DNA of 63,049 bases, filler included, from Octopus bimaculoides (lineage: Eukaryota): NCBI RefSeq assembly GCF_001194135.2. It is 4 parts of 4 records of this genome, joined end to end, with 100 filler letters (N's around TTAATTAATTAA, not from the genome) between each part and the next. Parts side by side here need not be neighbours in the genome. Positions count along the whole stretch, not along the records: positions 1 to 28,787 come from NC_068981.1; 3 more parts are not named here. One strand, given 5' to 3'. A program made the position numbers and the translations under genes. Each line of letters starts with the position of its first letter. The first letter of the stretch is position 1. Under the pieces are notes generated by a model. The model saw only the letters and a program-made list of their open reading frames with translations, made no database searches and was not told the origin of the DNA. This document shows positions 13,692 to 25,731 of the stretch, piece by piece.

Positions 13692-14964
13692 TATATTATG
13701 TATATATATGTATATGTATATGGGGCTACTTTTTAAGATGGTGGAGTTTGATGTGATAGCTATTTTCAACAGGTATTGAGCAATCGAATTGAAATACCCA
13801 TAGAGTGATGTAATTATGTTGTTACTGTTGTTGAATTTGTTGTCGCTGCGGAAGTGATGTTGGTACTTTTGTTGTTAGGGTTTGTATAATTGTGTATGAC
13901 CAATTTATTTTAAGCAATATTATTAGTTAATTAACCGCTACAAAAAGAGAAGGATGTAAAGACGCATTCTAATGATTGTATTCGTATTTTTTGTTTATTC
14001 TTTTACTGTTTTCAGTAATCTTTAAATTGACTCCAGTAATATTTTTGGTACTTATTTTATCTATCGCTTTAGGCAGGAAAGGCAATGTTGACTTAAACAT
14101 AAAGGGACAGACGTTGCAATAATAGAATAACTTACCATAGAAAATAATAACGATAGAGTTAGTGCACTGTAAAATTTCCTTCAGAAAATACCGGTATCAA
14201 AATCGGCCAACGCAATGGATAATCCAGTTTAACGCAAAGCATGTAATAAGTACGTTAGACCTTGCATCTGAAGTATGTTTCACATGCTGCACATGCCTTT
14301 TGAAGACACACCTACGAATGCTCCTTCTATCTAGAAAGATTCAAAGAGCTATTATAAATGGAAGAGCACAATCGCCAACAAACTCAGTGAATGGAATATC
14401 TGTAATTTGAAGACAGATGTTTATTGTTATAGAAAAAAATATTATCACAATGAACAGTTAGTGTTATATTAATCAGCTAATTACCATATGATGCTAATTA
14501 AATAATATGCAACGAATCTGCACTTCTCACACATGACTCTCACGTATAAAAGTTTGACTGAAACTCATTCTTTTTTTTTTTTTTTCATAAACCCATCGTA
14601 AAAAGTATTGAAATATGAAGCAAAAGTTCAAAGTTCTATTTAGCTATAACCGATTTCTTTTCAACATGCAATGTAGTGACATAAATTAATCTCATACACA
14701 AAGCAAAGGAATACACGTAGCTGCAGTACCTAGAATACCGGGAAATGAAATCGATCCTGGCACCAGGTGGTTGTGAAAAGAACTTTTTAACCTCGCAGCT
14801 ACGAATGGTAATACGTTTGTTAATTCAATTTCCAATTACCACTATCATAATAACAAATAATAATCTATAACATGGCATTAGGCATAGCGACTAAAACAAT
14901 GAAAGAAAGTCGAACAACACACTTGTTATATAGCGCCATCTCTACGATGTTCTTTATTCGTTTG

Positions 14965-15153
14965 CTTCTGTCTGTCTCTCTCACTCTCTCTCTCTCGTTT
15001 ATTGTTATAAAAAAATATTTCTTTCCTTCCTTCCTTCTTTCCTTCTTCTTTCCTCTTTCTTTTCTATTGTCTTTCTTTCTGTGTTATTTGTTTATTCTTT
15101 TCGTTTGATCTTGCATTCTTTTTTGCTTTACGTTTCCTCTTCTTTCTTTCTTT

Positions 15154-15194
<41 letters not shown>

Positions 15195-15203
15195 GTCTGT
15201 CTG

Positions 15204-15248
<45 letters not shown>

Positions 15249-15271
15249 TCTCTCTTCTTATCTATCTATCT
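14965..15271. repeat. (CT)n/(TTTC)n pyrimidine microsatellite running into a gap
   Basis: Read directly. Confidence 0.9.
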
Positions 15272-16115
15272 NNNNNNNNNNNNNNNNNNNNNNNNNNNNN
15301 NNNNNNNNNNNNNNNNNNNNNNNNNNNNNNNNNNNNNNNNNNNNNNNNNNNNNNNNNNNNNNNNNNNNNNNNNNNNNNNNNNNNNNNNNNNNNNNNNNNN
15401 NNNNNNNNNNNNNNNNNNNNNNNNNNNNNNNNNNNNNNNNNNNNNNNNNNNNNNNNNNNNNNNNNNNNNNNNNNNNNNNNNNNNNNNNNNNNNNNNNNNN
15501 NNNNNNNNNNNNNNNNNNNNNNNNNNNNNNNNNNNNNNNNNNNNNNNNNNNNNNNNNNNNNNNNNNNNNNNNNNNNNNNNNNNNNNNNNNNNNNNNNNNN
15601 NNNNNNNNNNNNNNNNNNNNNNNNNNNNNNNNNNNNNNNNNNNNNNNNNNNNNNNNNNNNNNNNNNNNNNNNNNNNNNNNNNNNNNNNNNNNNNNNNNNN
15701 NNNNNNNNNNNNNNNNNNNNNNNNNNNNNNNNNNNNNNNNNNNNNNNNNNNNNNNNNNNNNNNNNNNNNNNNNNNNNNNNNNNNNNNNNNNNNNNNNNNN
15801 NNNNNNNNNNNNNNNNNNNNNNNNNNNNNNNNNNNNNNNNNNNNNNNNNNNNNNNNNNNNNNNNNNNNNNNNNNNNNNNNNNNNNNNNNNNNNNNNNNNN
15901 NNNNNNNNNNNNNNNNNNNNNNNNNNNNNNNNNNNNNNNNNNNNNNNNNNNNNNNNNNNNNNNNNNNNNNNNNNNNNNNNNNNNNNNNNAGAGAGACATT
16001 ATAATTTACTACTTTTACAACACGATTTACAAGCACTCTCCTCATTATCTAAAGGAAAAATATGCTCATATTCATAAGCAAAGAGATAAAGTGAGAGGGA
16101 GAGAATGAGAGAAAT

Positions 16116-16332
16116 ATCCTTTTCTACTCTAGGCACAAGGAACGAAATTTTGTGAGGAGGGGGCTCGTCGATTACATCGACCTCAGCACGCAATGGGTAC
16201 TTAATTTATCGACTCCGAAAGGATGAAAGGCAAAGTCCACCTCGGCGAAATTAGAACTCAGAACGTAAAGTTAGACGAACTACCGCTAAGCATTTCGTCC
16301 GGCGTGCTAATGTTTCTGCGAGTTCGCCGCCT
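16116..16332 (-). mobile_element. SINE family B
   Basis: Reverse complement aggcggcgaactcgcagaaacattagcacgccggacgaaatgcttagcgg...ttctgagttctaatttcgccgaggtggactttgcctttcatcctttcggagtcgataaattaagtacc...ccttgtgcctagagtagaaaggat. Confidence 0.85.
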
Positions 16333-16711
16333 GAGAATGAGGGAAATATTAAAATGTCTGAAATCAAATAATTCAGCGTCGAATTAGAGATATCAATATA
16401 TAGTGCCACAACGGCTGTGCAAAAACGCCTCATAACCATTTTAGGCGTCAATCATTCTAATGTTTCTATCTTTATATCACTATACTTTCCTCGCTCCAAA
16501 TCTATTTACATTCTTCAGATATGAAATGGATTGAGCAAGCGTTCAATGACACCCACTAATTGAAAAAATGATATGTTATGGGAAATGAAGAAATTAAGAG
16601 GAATATGTTGTAAAGTATAATGCTGATAATAATAATAATAATAATAAGAAGAAGAAGAAGAAGAACAACAACAACAATAACAATAATAATAATAATATTA
16701 ATAATAATAAT

Positions 16712-18912
16712 ACCCAGCATTGAATAGACGAATAACCACGCAAATGGATAAAATTATCAACAACTGTGTACAAATCCCAAAGTGGCTGACCACACGTTAA
16801 AAAAGTCTTTGCCAAAAGGATCCCAGTAAAGGCAATGCGGTGGATAATTAACGGCTTTTCACATGCCTGCTCCTGGTGTGGAAGCTGATAACAAGAATAA
16901 TATCTAATTATGTGTATAACTTCCTGGAAACGAATGGCAAACTGCCAGTGGAACAGAAAGGGTGCAGAAGGAAAAGCCGAGGGACAAAAAACCAACTCTT
17001 GATGGACACAATGGTACATAACGACTCCAAGAATAATTCTAACTAATCTAGGCATGGATCGATTATAAGAAAGCATGTGACACGGTTTCCCATTCCTGGA
17101 TTTTAGAAAGTCTTGAGCTGGTACAGGTGTTTGTTAACATATCAAATTTCATTAAGAGATCAATGAAAAACTGGAATACAGAATTAACTTCACGTGGAAA
17201 AGTTTTGGTGAGGTTTAACATCACGTGAGGTATATTTCAAGGTGATAGCCTATCATCATTGGTGCTTGTGATTTGTATGATACACTTCACAGAGATACTA
17301 CGGCAAGTGACATCGAGGTACATCTTGAAAAGTGGAGGAAAATTTAATCATCTGTTATATATGGAAGATTTAAAGATCTTTGGAGAAACCGAACGTGAGA
17401 TAAATAGTCTACTTACAACAGTGCCGATATTCAGTAAGGATATCGGAATGGAATTTGGAACTAAAGAGTGTGGTATGCTCATAAAACAAAAAAAGCAAAG
17501 TTGTGTCGTTTGATAATATAGAGCCACACAACTGCGAGACAAACGAAGTTATTGAGGCTAACAGGTATGAATATAAGGTGATTTTAAAATCAAGGAAAGT
17601 GAAATAATGGAAAGCTTTAAGCGAGAATATCTGTAAAGAACCAAGTTAATTATGTGAAGTAGACTCATGGTATAAACAGAATCAAGGCAACGACCTCATG
17701 GGCTGCTTCCTTAATGCGATAGGGCGCGCGTGTTCTTAGGTGGACAAATTACAAGCTTGAGGAAATGGACAGGAAACTAGACAAGTGATGACAATTAACA
17801 AGGAGCCACACCCCCAAAAGCGATACGGACAGACTGTATGTGTCTAGAAACAGGGATGGAAGGAGTATCATATGATGTAAAGTCAGTGTTGTTAAGGAGA
17901 AGAACAGTGTGGGTCGGTACATCAAACAGCAGGGTGAATCCTTGCTTGCCGCTGTTAGAATTTACAATAAAATACCTGTCGAAAATGCGATGTACCCATA
18001 AACATTTCAGAAGCAAGATGAAGAAGAAAGTGTAAACAACTTCAAAATGAAAGCACTGCATGGGTAATACCTCAGAGAAATCGAAGGAAAAGACAAGATC
18101 CACAATTGGAGATGGCTAAGAAAAAGTGATCTCAAATGATGCACTGAAGCATTGATATGCAGCGCCCAGGATCAAGCTCTGAGAACTAATTACACCAAGT
18201 TCAAAATAGATAAGAATAAGGTTTCAGCCCTTTGCAGCAGAAAGAAAACAATTTGATATATTGTGAGTGTAGCAAGCTGGCCCCAAAGCACTGCAAAGGA
18301 GGCACGATAACTTGGCTAAGTTTGTCCACTAGAGGCTATGTGAAAAGTATGGTCTGAACAGAGCACGGAAATGGTACGCACATTAACCAGAAGGAGTCAC
18401 CGAGAACAAGGAACATAAGATATTCTGGGATTTTACAATCCAATATGACTCCTTAATCGAAACTCGAAGACTAGACATTATTATGGTAGATAATGGGAAA
18501 AAAGGAAACCAAGCTCATAGATATTGCAATACCTAGAGTTGCACATATACGCGACAAAGAACTAGAAAAGATTGAAAGGTACAGAATTCTAAAATACGGA
18601 ATTGTAAGAATGTGGACTATGAGGAAAGTGTCTGTTATTCCAGTAGTTGTAGTGTTCCAGTAGTCGGAACACTAACAACCAAGTTCGAGAAATATGTGAA
18701 AGAAATCGGAATTGACATGCAAGCCCAGGGAGGGCTAGAATTTTGAGATAGTACTTGGATGTCAAATGCCTCCCACGATAATTAACAATCAAATATCAAA
18801 GCTTATAATATGCAGAAGGAGACCATGTGAGACTTCTGACAGCAGGCTGCTGTCTGCTATCACAGAATCAATCTGAAGAAACAAGACCGAATGTTCTCAG
18901 AAGTAAAACAAA
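16712..18912 (+). mobile_element. 5'-truncated RLE-type non-LTR retrotransposon (R4/Dong-like), pseudogenised, ending in (AAT)n
   Basis: RT motifs EQKGCRRKSRGT, GIFQGDSLS, NHLLYMEDLK, IGMEFGTKEC; RLE motifs FWDFTIQ...RRLDII and LIDIAIP...EKIERY; 3' UTR then an AAT tail; (AAT)n also on the 5' flank (16625-16711). Confidence 0.9.
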
Positions 18913-18939
18913 ATAATGATGATAATAATAATAATAATC

Positions 18940-18985
<46 letters not shown>

Positions 18986-19009
18986 TAATAATAATAATAA
19001 TAATGATGT

Positions 19010-19052
<43 letters not shown>

Positions 19053-19073
19053 AACAACAACAACAAGAAGAAG

Positions 19074-19136
<63 letters not shown>

Positions 19137-19166
19137 AATAATAATAATGATAATAATAATAATAAT
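18913..19166. repeat. Compound (AAT)(GAT)(AAC)(AGC) microsatellite between two RLE LINE copies
   Basis: Read directly. Confidence 0.95.
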
Positions 19167-19294
19167 AGAACGGTTGGGCTATTTGATCTGAAGAAAATTC
19201 TGAGCCCCAACAGCAAAGTTATGTGTTGTTTGTCTTGATCACTATGTTGCGCACAAATGGTTGTGATACATGTTCCTGGTGTACCCTTATCAGA

Positions 19295-19838
19295 CTGGTA
19301 TGGACTGATGCTTGCTGCACAAGGCAAATTTCTGACTACGAACAACAATAAAAGCAAAATAATGAAAACGCGCCCTAACACAAAATGCAGAATGTGCAAC
19401 AAGCACAATGAGACAGTTCACCGCATCATCTTTATAGCTGTCCTGTCCTTGCTAAATATGAATATATATATATACAGACTTGACCGAGTAAGTAGTTATA
19501 TCCACTGGACAATATGCCAACACTACAGCATAAAAACTGACGATAAATGTTATATACATGCACGAAACAAGGTATAATGCAACCATACGTCCAAAATCAT
19601 CTGGAATATGCCTGTTCAAACCGACAAACAAATGAAGCTAATTGCCTAGACATAACGATCAAGGGAGAAACCCTACTTACTGATAGACATTGCAGTCCAT
19701 TCTGACCGAAATTTTGGCCAAAAAGAAGTGTAGAAATTGTCAAATTATAAAGACCTCAAAATGGAACTATTCGAGATGTGGGCCATGAAGGTGAAAACAA
19801 TATCAGTGATAATTGAAGTATTGGACATGATATTTGAT
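19295..19838 (+). mobile_element. 3' fragment of a second RLE-type LINE family (CCHC knuckle + RLE)
   Basis: GLMLAAQ...KCRMCNKHNETVHRII..(C), RLDRVSSYIHWTICQHY, then LLIDIAVHSDRN..QKE..KLSNYKDLK. Confidence 0.85.
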
Positions 19839-20814
19839 ACATGACTATGGTATTACTTTCATTGTTGCTGATAGTTCTTTTCATGGTCTCTGTTTTGAGT
19901 GTGAAGTGCGAAATTTATACTAGATTGGAAACTTACTTTAAATACCTGCAACGGTTGAGTATTGATTCAACCATCCAAGTGCCACTTAGAGAGATCAGTT
20001 ACCGTCTTAGAACAAGAATAAAATCTCAGGTTGCTTTTCATGAAGTTTCCGTCAAACAAATTTCATCGATAGGCTTCGTCTGATCTGGGACTACCATAGA
20101 AGTCATTTGCTCATGTACCATGTGGGATCGAACCCGTAGCTGTAAAGTTACGTAGCGGATTTCTTAAGCACAACCATGCATGCACCCAGGGTGTCAGTGA
20201 AGTGTGTTAGTTTGCGTATACACTCTACGGCTGTTTATTTTGTGATAACTTTAACATTGGGGAATAAAGTTATAGCAGTTTCCACTTTTGGTATTAATTA
20301 TGATACGGTGATATTTTTTGTTTTCTTCTTTTTGTTTAATGTTATCAGCATTGTATATTAGTGATTTTTCTTTAAAACTTAAATGGAACCCTGATCAAAG
20401 AAACCTATAAAAAATACGGCACTATAATCGCGGAATCCTCTTCTTTTATACACATCAGGGGCTAACTTACCTAATTTAACTTTATTTAAGACGGTAGTAT
20501 GTCATTTAAGTGTTATTTGGCTGTTATTTCTAGCTGCTCGATCAGCCATTTTCAAGCCATTTCGTTGTCCCTTCTTATGAATAACTGTTGTTGTTCTCTA
20601 ATGCTGGCTTAAACTTTCTTTAACAAAGATACCTATGTTCAGATGCGTTGCCTTCATGATAGTGCTGTCACTTAGAATATAATAAGCTACTTTATGTAAT
20701 ATATCCTTGTTTATTTAAGGGTAGTAGGTTTTGATTTAAGGAAAAGCGCGCGTCTCTTTCTTGTATGATAATTATGCTCAGATTCCCTCCATTGGTTAAT
20801 AATGTATATATATA

Positions 20815-21337
20815 TTGGTGATAGCATTGGCGTTGTTCATTGCAGTCTTGTTGTCATTGCTGCCACTGCTAGTTCCTAAATCGATCAATGCGCAAGACAC
20901 TTGTTTGTAATTTTGGTATTGTTAATTGTTATTGCTGTCCTTATTACAGACTTCACCACAGCGATTAGTTTATATATTGTGCCGTTGTATGTAACATTTT
21001 GTATAGCTACTGCTGGTATTGTTGACTTGCTGTTGTTGATATTGTTGTTGATGTTGATGTTTTTGGTGCCAGTTGTGGTGGAGGTGGTGTTGCTGCTGCA
21101 TTTGCTTCTGTGAATTGTTTACGTGGCATTATGATCCGTTGACAGTTGTGACAGATTGTATTACTGTTGTTGCGTTTGTTGTTGTTTTTGTTGCATTGTC
21201 GTTGCTGCTGCATTTGTTGATGAAGAAGGCGACGTTTTTCTTGCTATTGTCTTAGCACTTTTTCTTGCTATTGCTTTGCTAGCATAGCTGTTGCTTTTTC
21301 TGTTATAGTTTTGGTTGCGTGAATGCTTTTGTCATTG

Positions 21338-21380
<43 letters not shown>

Positions 21381-21470
21381 CATCATTATCATTGCTGCTG
21401 CAGTTATTGCTGCTGCTGCCATTGTTGCAATTATTTTTATGCTGTTTCTAATAATAATATTGCTAGTTTT
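20815..21470. repeat. Degenerate (GTT/ATT/GCT)n triplet field
   Basis: Read directly. Confidence 0.9.
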
Positions 21471-21529
21471 GTTTTCAATATTGCCATTACCTCAAAAGAA
21501 AGAGAAATAAAGTAAAATGGCATGGCTGT

Positions 21530-21760
21530 CATTATACTCGTTGCCGCAATTCTTTAAATTCTGAGTTCTAATCCCACCGAGATCAACTTTGCTTTCAGCA
21601 TGTTCGGGGTCGTATGCATTCCACCAAGGACGACATTGCCTTTCATCCTTCGGGGATCGATAAATTCAGTACCAATTGAACACTGGGGTCGATGAAATCG
21701 ACTGACACCCTCTCACAAAATTCCTGGCCTTGTGCCGAAATTTGAAACCAATATTTTCGG
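21530..21760 (+). mobile_element. SINE family B, diverged and partly duplicated
   Basis: ttctgagttctaatcccaccgag...gcctttcatccttcggggatcgataaattcagtacc...ctggggtcgatgaaatcgact...ggccttgtgccgaaatttgaaacc. Confidence 0.7.
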
Positions 21761-22034
21761 GGTCATTTAAATAAGGTGTCGGTCAGTACTTGAACCGATG
21801 AAATCCCCTCAACTTCTGGCCATGTGAATACTTATAAATAATTTTTATACATGTTATAGAGCATCCATTCGAACTGAAGTTGACAACAGATAAACAGGCG
21901 CAGGTGTGGCTGTGTGTTTAGTAGCTTGCTCATCAACCACATGGCACCTTGGGCAAGTGTCTTCTAATATAGCCACGAGCCGACCAAAATCTTGTCAGTG
22001 GATTTCGTAGATGGAAACTGAAAGAAGCCTGTCG

Positions 22035-22088
<54 letters not shown>

Positions 22089-22133
22089 AGTAAAATTGCA
22101 AAGTACCGCACGAGGGAAAATATATAGGAAAGT

Positions 22134-22468
22134 GGATTTGAAAATGCAGAGGCCTTTTAAAAATGTTTATTGACTTAACCGGTTTCACTTCTTAAAAAAG
22201 ATTGTCAAAAGTAAAATGTAAGACTTTGTGTAGCCTCTGTTTTTTTAAAAAATGGTTATCGTACCTGTATTAAGATACAGTGATACAGTTATTTCTTATC
22301 ATTGTCAATGACTGTATCACTGTATTTTAATACATATATGATAAGCATTTTTTAACACATCAAAGGCTACACAAATCCTTACATTTTACTTTTGAAAATA
22401 TTTTGTTTAAAAAAGTGAAACCGGTCAAGTAAATAAACATCGTTAACAGACCTTTGCTTTTCAAATCC
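22134..22468. repeat. Imperfect fold-back, ~158/160-bp arms with a 17-nt loop
   Basis: 22134-22291 is the approximate reverse complement of 22309-22468 (e.g. tgtttattgacttaaccggtttcact vs agtgaaaccggtcaagtaaataaaca; atacagtgatacagt vs actgtatcactgtat). Confidence 0.92.
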
Positions 22469-22508
22469 TCTGTTTCAAATCCTCGTGTTTTTCTCCTTGT
22501 CTCCGTAT

Positions 22509-22545
22509 TCTTTCTGTTGAAGAGCGTAGCTCGAAACGTCAAAGA
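22509..22545 (+). ncRNA. Minimal type-I hammerhead-ribozyme-like motif (PLE type) with CUGUUGA core
   Basis: TCTTT-CTGTTGA-A-GAGC-GTA-GCTC-GAAAC-GTC-AAAGA: 5-bp stem I, 4-bp stem II, palindromic ACGT stem III, GUC cleavage triplet. Confidence 0.65.
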
Positions 22546-23354
22546 CTTTCCGTATTCCCGAGCGTCATACTAATATATACTTTTGTTATTTACACCACCT
22601 GTCCTCGTCTGTTGTTATTATTTGTATATTCTCCCATATATATATATATATATATATATATACATGCATGTATTTGTGTATCTGTGTTTGTCCCCCTACC
22701 ATCGTTTGACAACCGATGTTGAAGTGTTTACCTCGCCGTACGATAGCGGTTCGGCAAAAGATATCGACAGAATAAACACTAGGCTTACAAAGAATAAGTC
22801 CTGGGGTAGATCTGTTCGACTAAAGGCGGTGACCCAAATGACTGGAACAAATAAAAGAATAAAAGATTTAAATAATTTGACCTCTACACAAAAAGATAAC
22901 GAATATGACTAGGAAATTTTCCCAGGCATAGTGGAATACATTGTTTCCGATTAATTTGTTCAATATGTCATGTTAAAAGGTTGTCGGCTGTGATTTGAGG
23001 CTAGATTAGCTTCTGTTTCTAATGAGTTTAACAATCATTTAGTGACTCCGTTTTAAGTTAGATATTATTATTATTTTTGTTGTTTGTATTACTGGCTTTC
23101 TTATTGCTTTTTAATTGCTGGAAATGATGCTGCTTGTGTTGATTTGATGATGATAATAATGATGAGGACAATGATGACGATGCCGATAATAATAAAGGTG
23201 ATGACCACGATTATTGTAGAGTTGGAATGGGTGCTGTGTAATTTCAAAAGTGTTGGTGATGGCAGCGATGGAGAAAAGTGTGATGGTGGGGGTGTTGTAA
23301 GGCATATTGTTTGATATTTTAATGAAGACGGTGGAGACTAGGACGGTGACGAGT

Positions 23355-23743
23355 TGTTGTTGTTGGCACTCCGTCGCTTACGACGTCGAGGATTCCAATT
23401 GATCCGATCAACGGAACAGCCTGCTCGTGAAATTAACGTGCAAGTGGCTGAGCACTCCACAGACACGTGTACCCTTAACGTAGTTCTCGGGGATATTCAG
23501 CGTGGCACAGTGTGACAAGGCTGACCCTTTGAATTATAGGCACAACAGAAACGGGAAGTAAGAGTGAGAGAAAGTTGTGGTGGAAGAGTACAGCAGGGTT
23601 CGCCACCATCCCCTGGTGGAGCCTCGTGGGGCTTTAGGTATTTTTGCTCAATAAACACTCACAATGCCCGATCTGGGAATCGAAACCGCGATCCTATGAC
23701 CGCGAGCCCGCTGCCCTAACCACTGTGCCATTGCGCCTCCACA
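23355..23743 (-). mobile_element. SINE family C (tRNA-like head, (CAA)n tail) with a 12-bp TSD
   Basis: Reverse complement gtggaggcgcaatggcacagtggttagggcagcggg...ggtttcgattcccag...gacgtcgtaagcgacggagtgccaacaacaac; flanks acggtgacgagt (23343-23354) and acggcgacgagt (23744-23755). Confidence 0.9.
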
Positions 23744-24723
23744 ACGGCGACGAGTAATTGTCCTGAAAATCGAAATGGTGATGACGATGGCGGGGTGATA
23801 ATAATGATAATGAAGACAACATCACCACTGCCGCAAGCACCACCGCCACCATGACAACCATCACAACACCAGCTACGCCATCGCCGCTGCTGTCATGTTG
23901 ATAATGTTTTGTTAATTTAGTCTATATTGTATCAGTTTACTTTTCAAACTATTGTTTCTGCGACTGGGATTTTTTTCCCCATGTTGATGTGATGACTGCT
24001 ATTGTTGCTGCTGTTCTTGCTGTTGTTGTTTTTGCCGATGTGGATAACTCTATTCATTTATTGCTGACGATGTTACTGATATTGCTGTTGTTATTGTTGT
24101 TGATATTGATGCCTTTTGTTATTGCTACTGGTATTGCTGTTTTATATGCTATTGTTATTGACAGTCGATGCTATTTTCGTTATTGTGGGTGTAGTTGTTC
24201 TTATTGACTTTCCTTGTTTTGTTATTCTACTCTTTGGGAAGACCTATTCAGTAGCGCAGAAAACTATACGCGCACACATGAACAAACACACGTATATGTA
24301 ATTGCTTTACACTTTTAAAAATCATTTATTTATAAGCGTTTAAAAAATTTTTTTTTTATCATTCTGTTTCTCAACATTTTTTCAGTTCTTTATTTTATTC
24401 AAGATTACTCCGTTCAAGCAAACACCATTCTTTCTTTTCATTTTCTTTCACTCTTTTTACAGTCATTCTTTATTTGGCTGATTCATTCATTGATCCAGTC
24501 GACATTCATTTATATGTTTATTGAGTTTCATGTCAGTTATTTTCATCATTAATACAGTTATATATAAATACATACACATCTGCATACATACATAGATACA
24601 TACATACATACATATATGTGTGTGTGTGAGTGTGAGTGTGTAAATACCTATATCTCTCTTTCTCTCACTCCCACTGCATCCCCCACACACGCGCACACAC
24701 ATACACATGTATACATATACATG

Positions 24724-24772
<49 letters not shown>

Positions 24773-24786
24773 NNNNNNNNNNNNNN

Positions 24787-24821
<35 letters not shown>

Positions 24822-24844
24822 TGTGTGCGTGTGCGTGTGTGTAT

Positions 24845-25025
24845 GTATATTCACGTCTATTGTGTATTTATGCCCCCATGACCTATCGGTCCGGCAATGG
24901 CGACTAATAAAATAAGTATCAGGTTAGAAAAATAAGTCATGGGATCGATTTGTTTGATTAAAACCCATTGAAGACGGTGCTCCAGCATGGCCGTAGTCAA
25001 ATGACTGAAACAAGTAAAAGAAAAA
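24845..25025 (+). mobile_element. SINE family A, 3' half
   Basis: ...aataagtatcagg...gggatcgatttgtttgatt...gacggtgctccagcatggccgtagtcaaatgactgaaacaagtaaaag after a TA/TG run. Confidence 0.85.
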
Positions 25026-25039
25026 ATACTATATATAGT

Positions 25040-25731
25040 CGCAGGCATGGCAGTCTGGTAAGAAGCTTGTTTCCCAACCACATAGTTCCGGGTTTAGTCA
25101 CACTGCACGGCACCTTGGGCAAGTGTTTTCTACTATAGCCTCGGGTGGCCAAAGCCTTATGAATGGATTTGGTAGACGGAAACTGAAAGAAACATGTCAC
25201 ACACACACACACACACACACACACNNNNNNNNNNNNNNNNNNNNNNNNNNNNNNNNNNNNNNNNNNNNNNNNNNNNNNNNNNNNNNNNNNNNNNNNNNNN
25301 NNNNNNNNNNNNNNNNNNNNNNNNNNNNNNNNNNNNNNNNNNNNNNNNNNNNNNNNNNNNNNNNNNNNNNNNNNNNNNNNNNNNNNNNNNNNNNNNNNNN
25401 NNNNNNNNNNNNNNNNNNNNNNNNNNNNNNNNNNNNNNNNNNNNNNNNNNNNNNNNNNNNNNNNNNNNNNNNNNNNTATATGTATATATATATATATCTG
25501 TTTATATTTATGCGTGTGTGTGTGTTTGTCCACCAGACATCGCTTGACAACCGATGCCAGTGTGTTTATGTCCCCGTAACTTAGCAGTTCAGCCAACGAA
25601 ACCGATAGAATAAGTACTAGGCTTACAAAGAATAACTTCTGGGGTCGATTTGTTCGATTAAAACCCTTTAAGGTAGTGCTCCAGCATGGCTGCAGTCATA
25701 TGACTGAAACAAGTATAAGAATAAAAGAATA
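25040..25731 (+). mobile_element. SINE family A, complete copy with gap in the internal microsatellite
   Basis: gcaggcatggcagtctggtaagaagcttg...gaaagaaacatgtc(CA)n / gtccaccagacatcgcttgacaaccgatg...gactgaaacaagtataagaataaaagaat. Confidence 0.9.

Larger units (their letters stand above)
21897..22870 (+). mobile_element. SINE family A split by a ~550-bp insertion in its internal microsatellite
   Basis: 5' half 21897-22035 (ggcgcaggtgtggctgtgtg...gaaagaagcctgtcg) then (TCTA)n; 3' half 22685-22870 (tttgtcccctaccatcgtttgacaaccgatg...gactggaacaaataaaag). Confidence 0.85.

Noticed and set aside
23650-23743. tRNA-like sequences with A and B boxes (also 8560-8654, 30864-30930, 33848-33915, 38087-38160, 52330-52408)
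   Set aside because: Each continues into a SINE body and lacks a complete cloverleaf; these are SINE heads, not tRNA genes.
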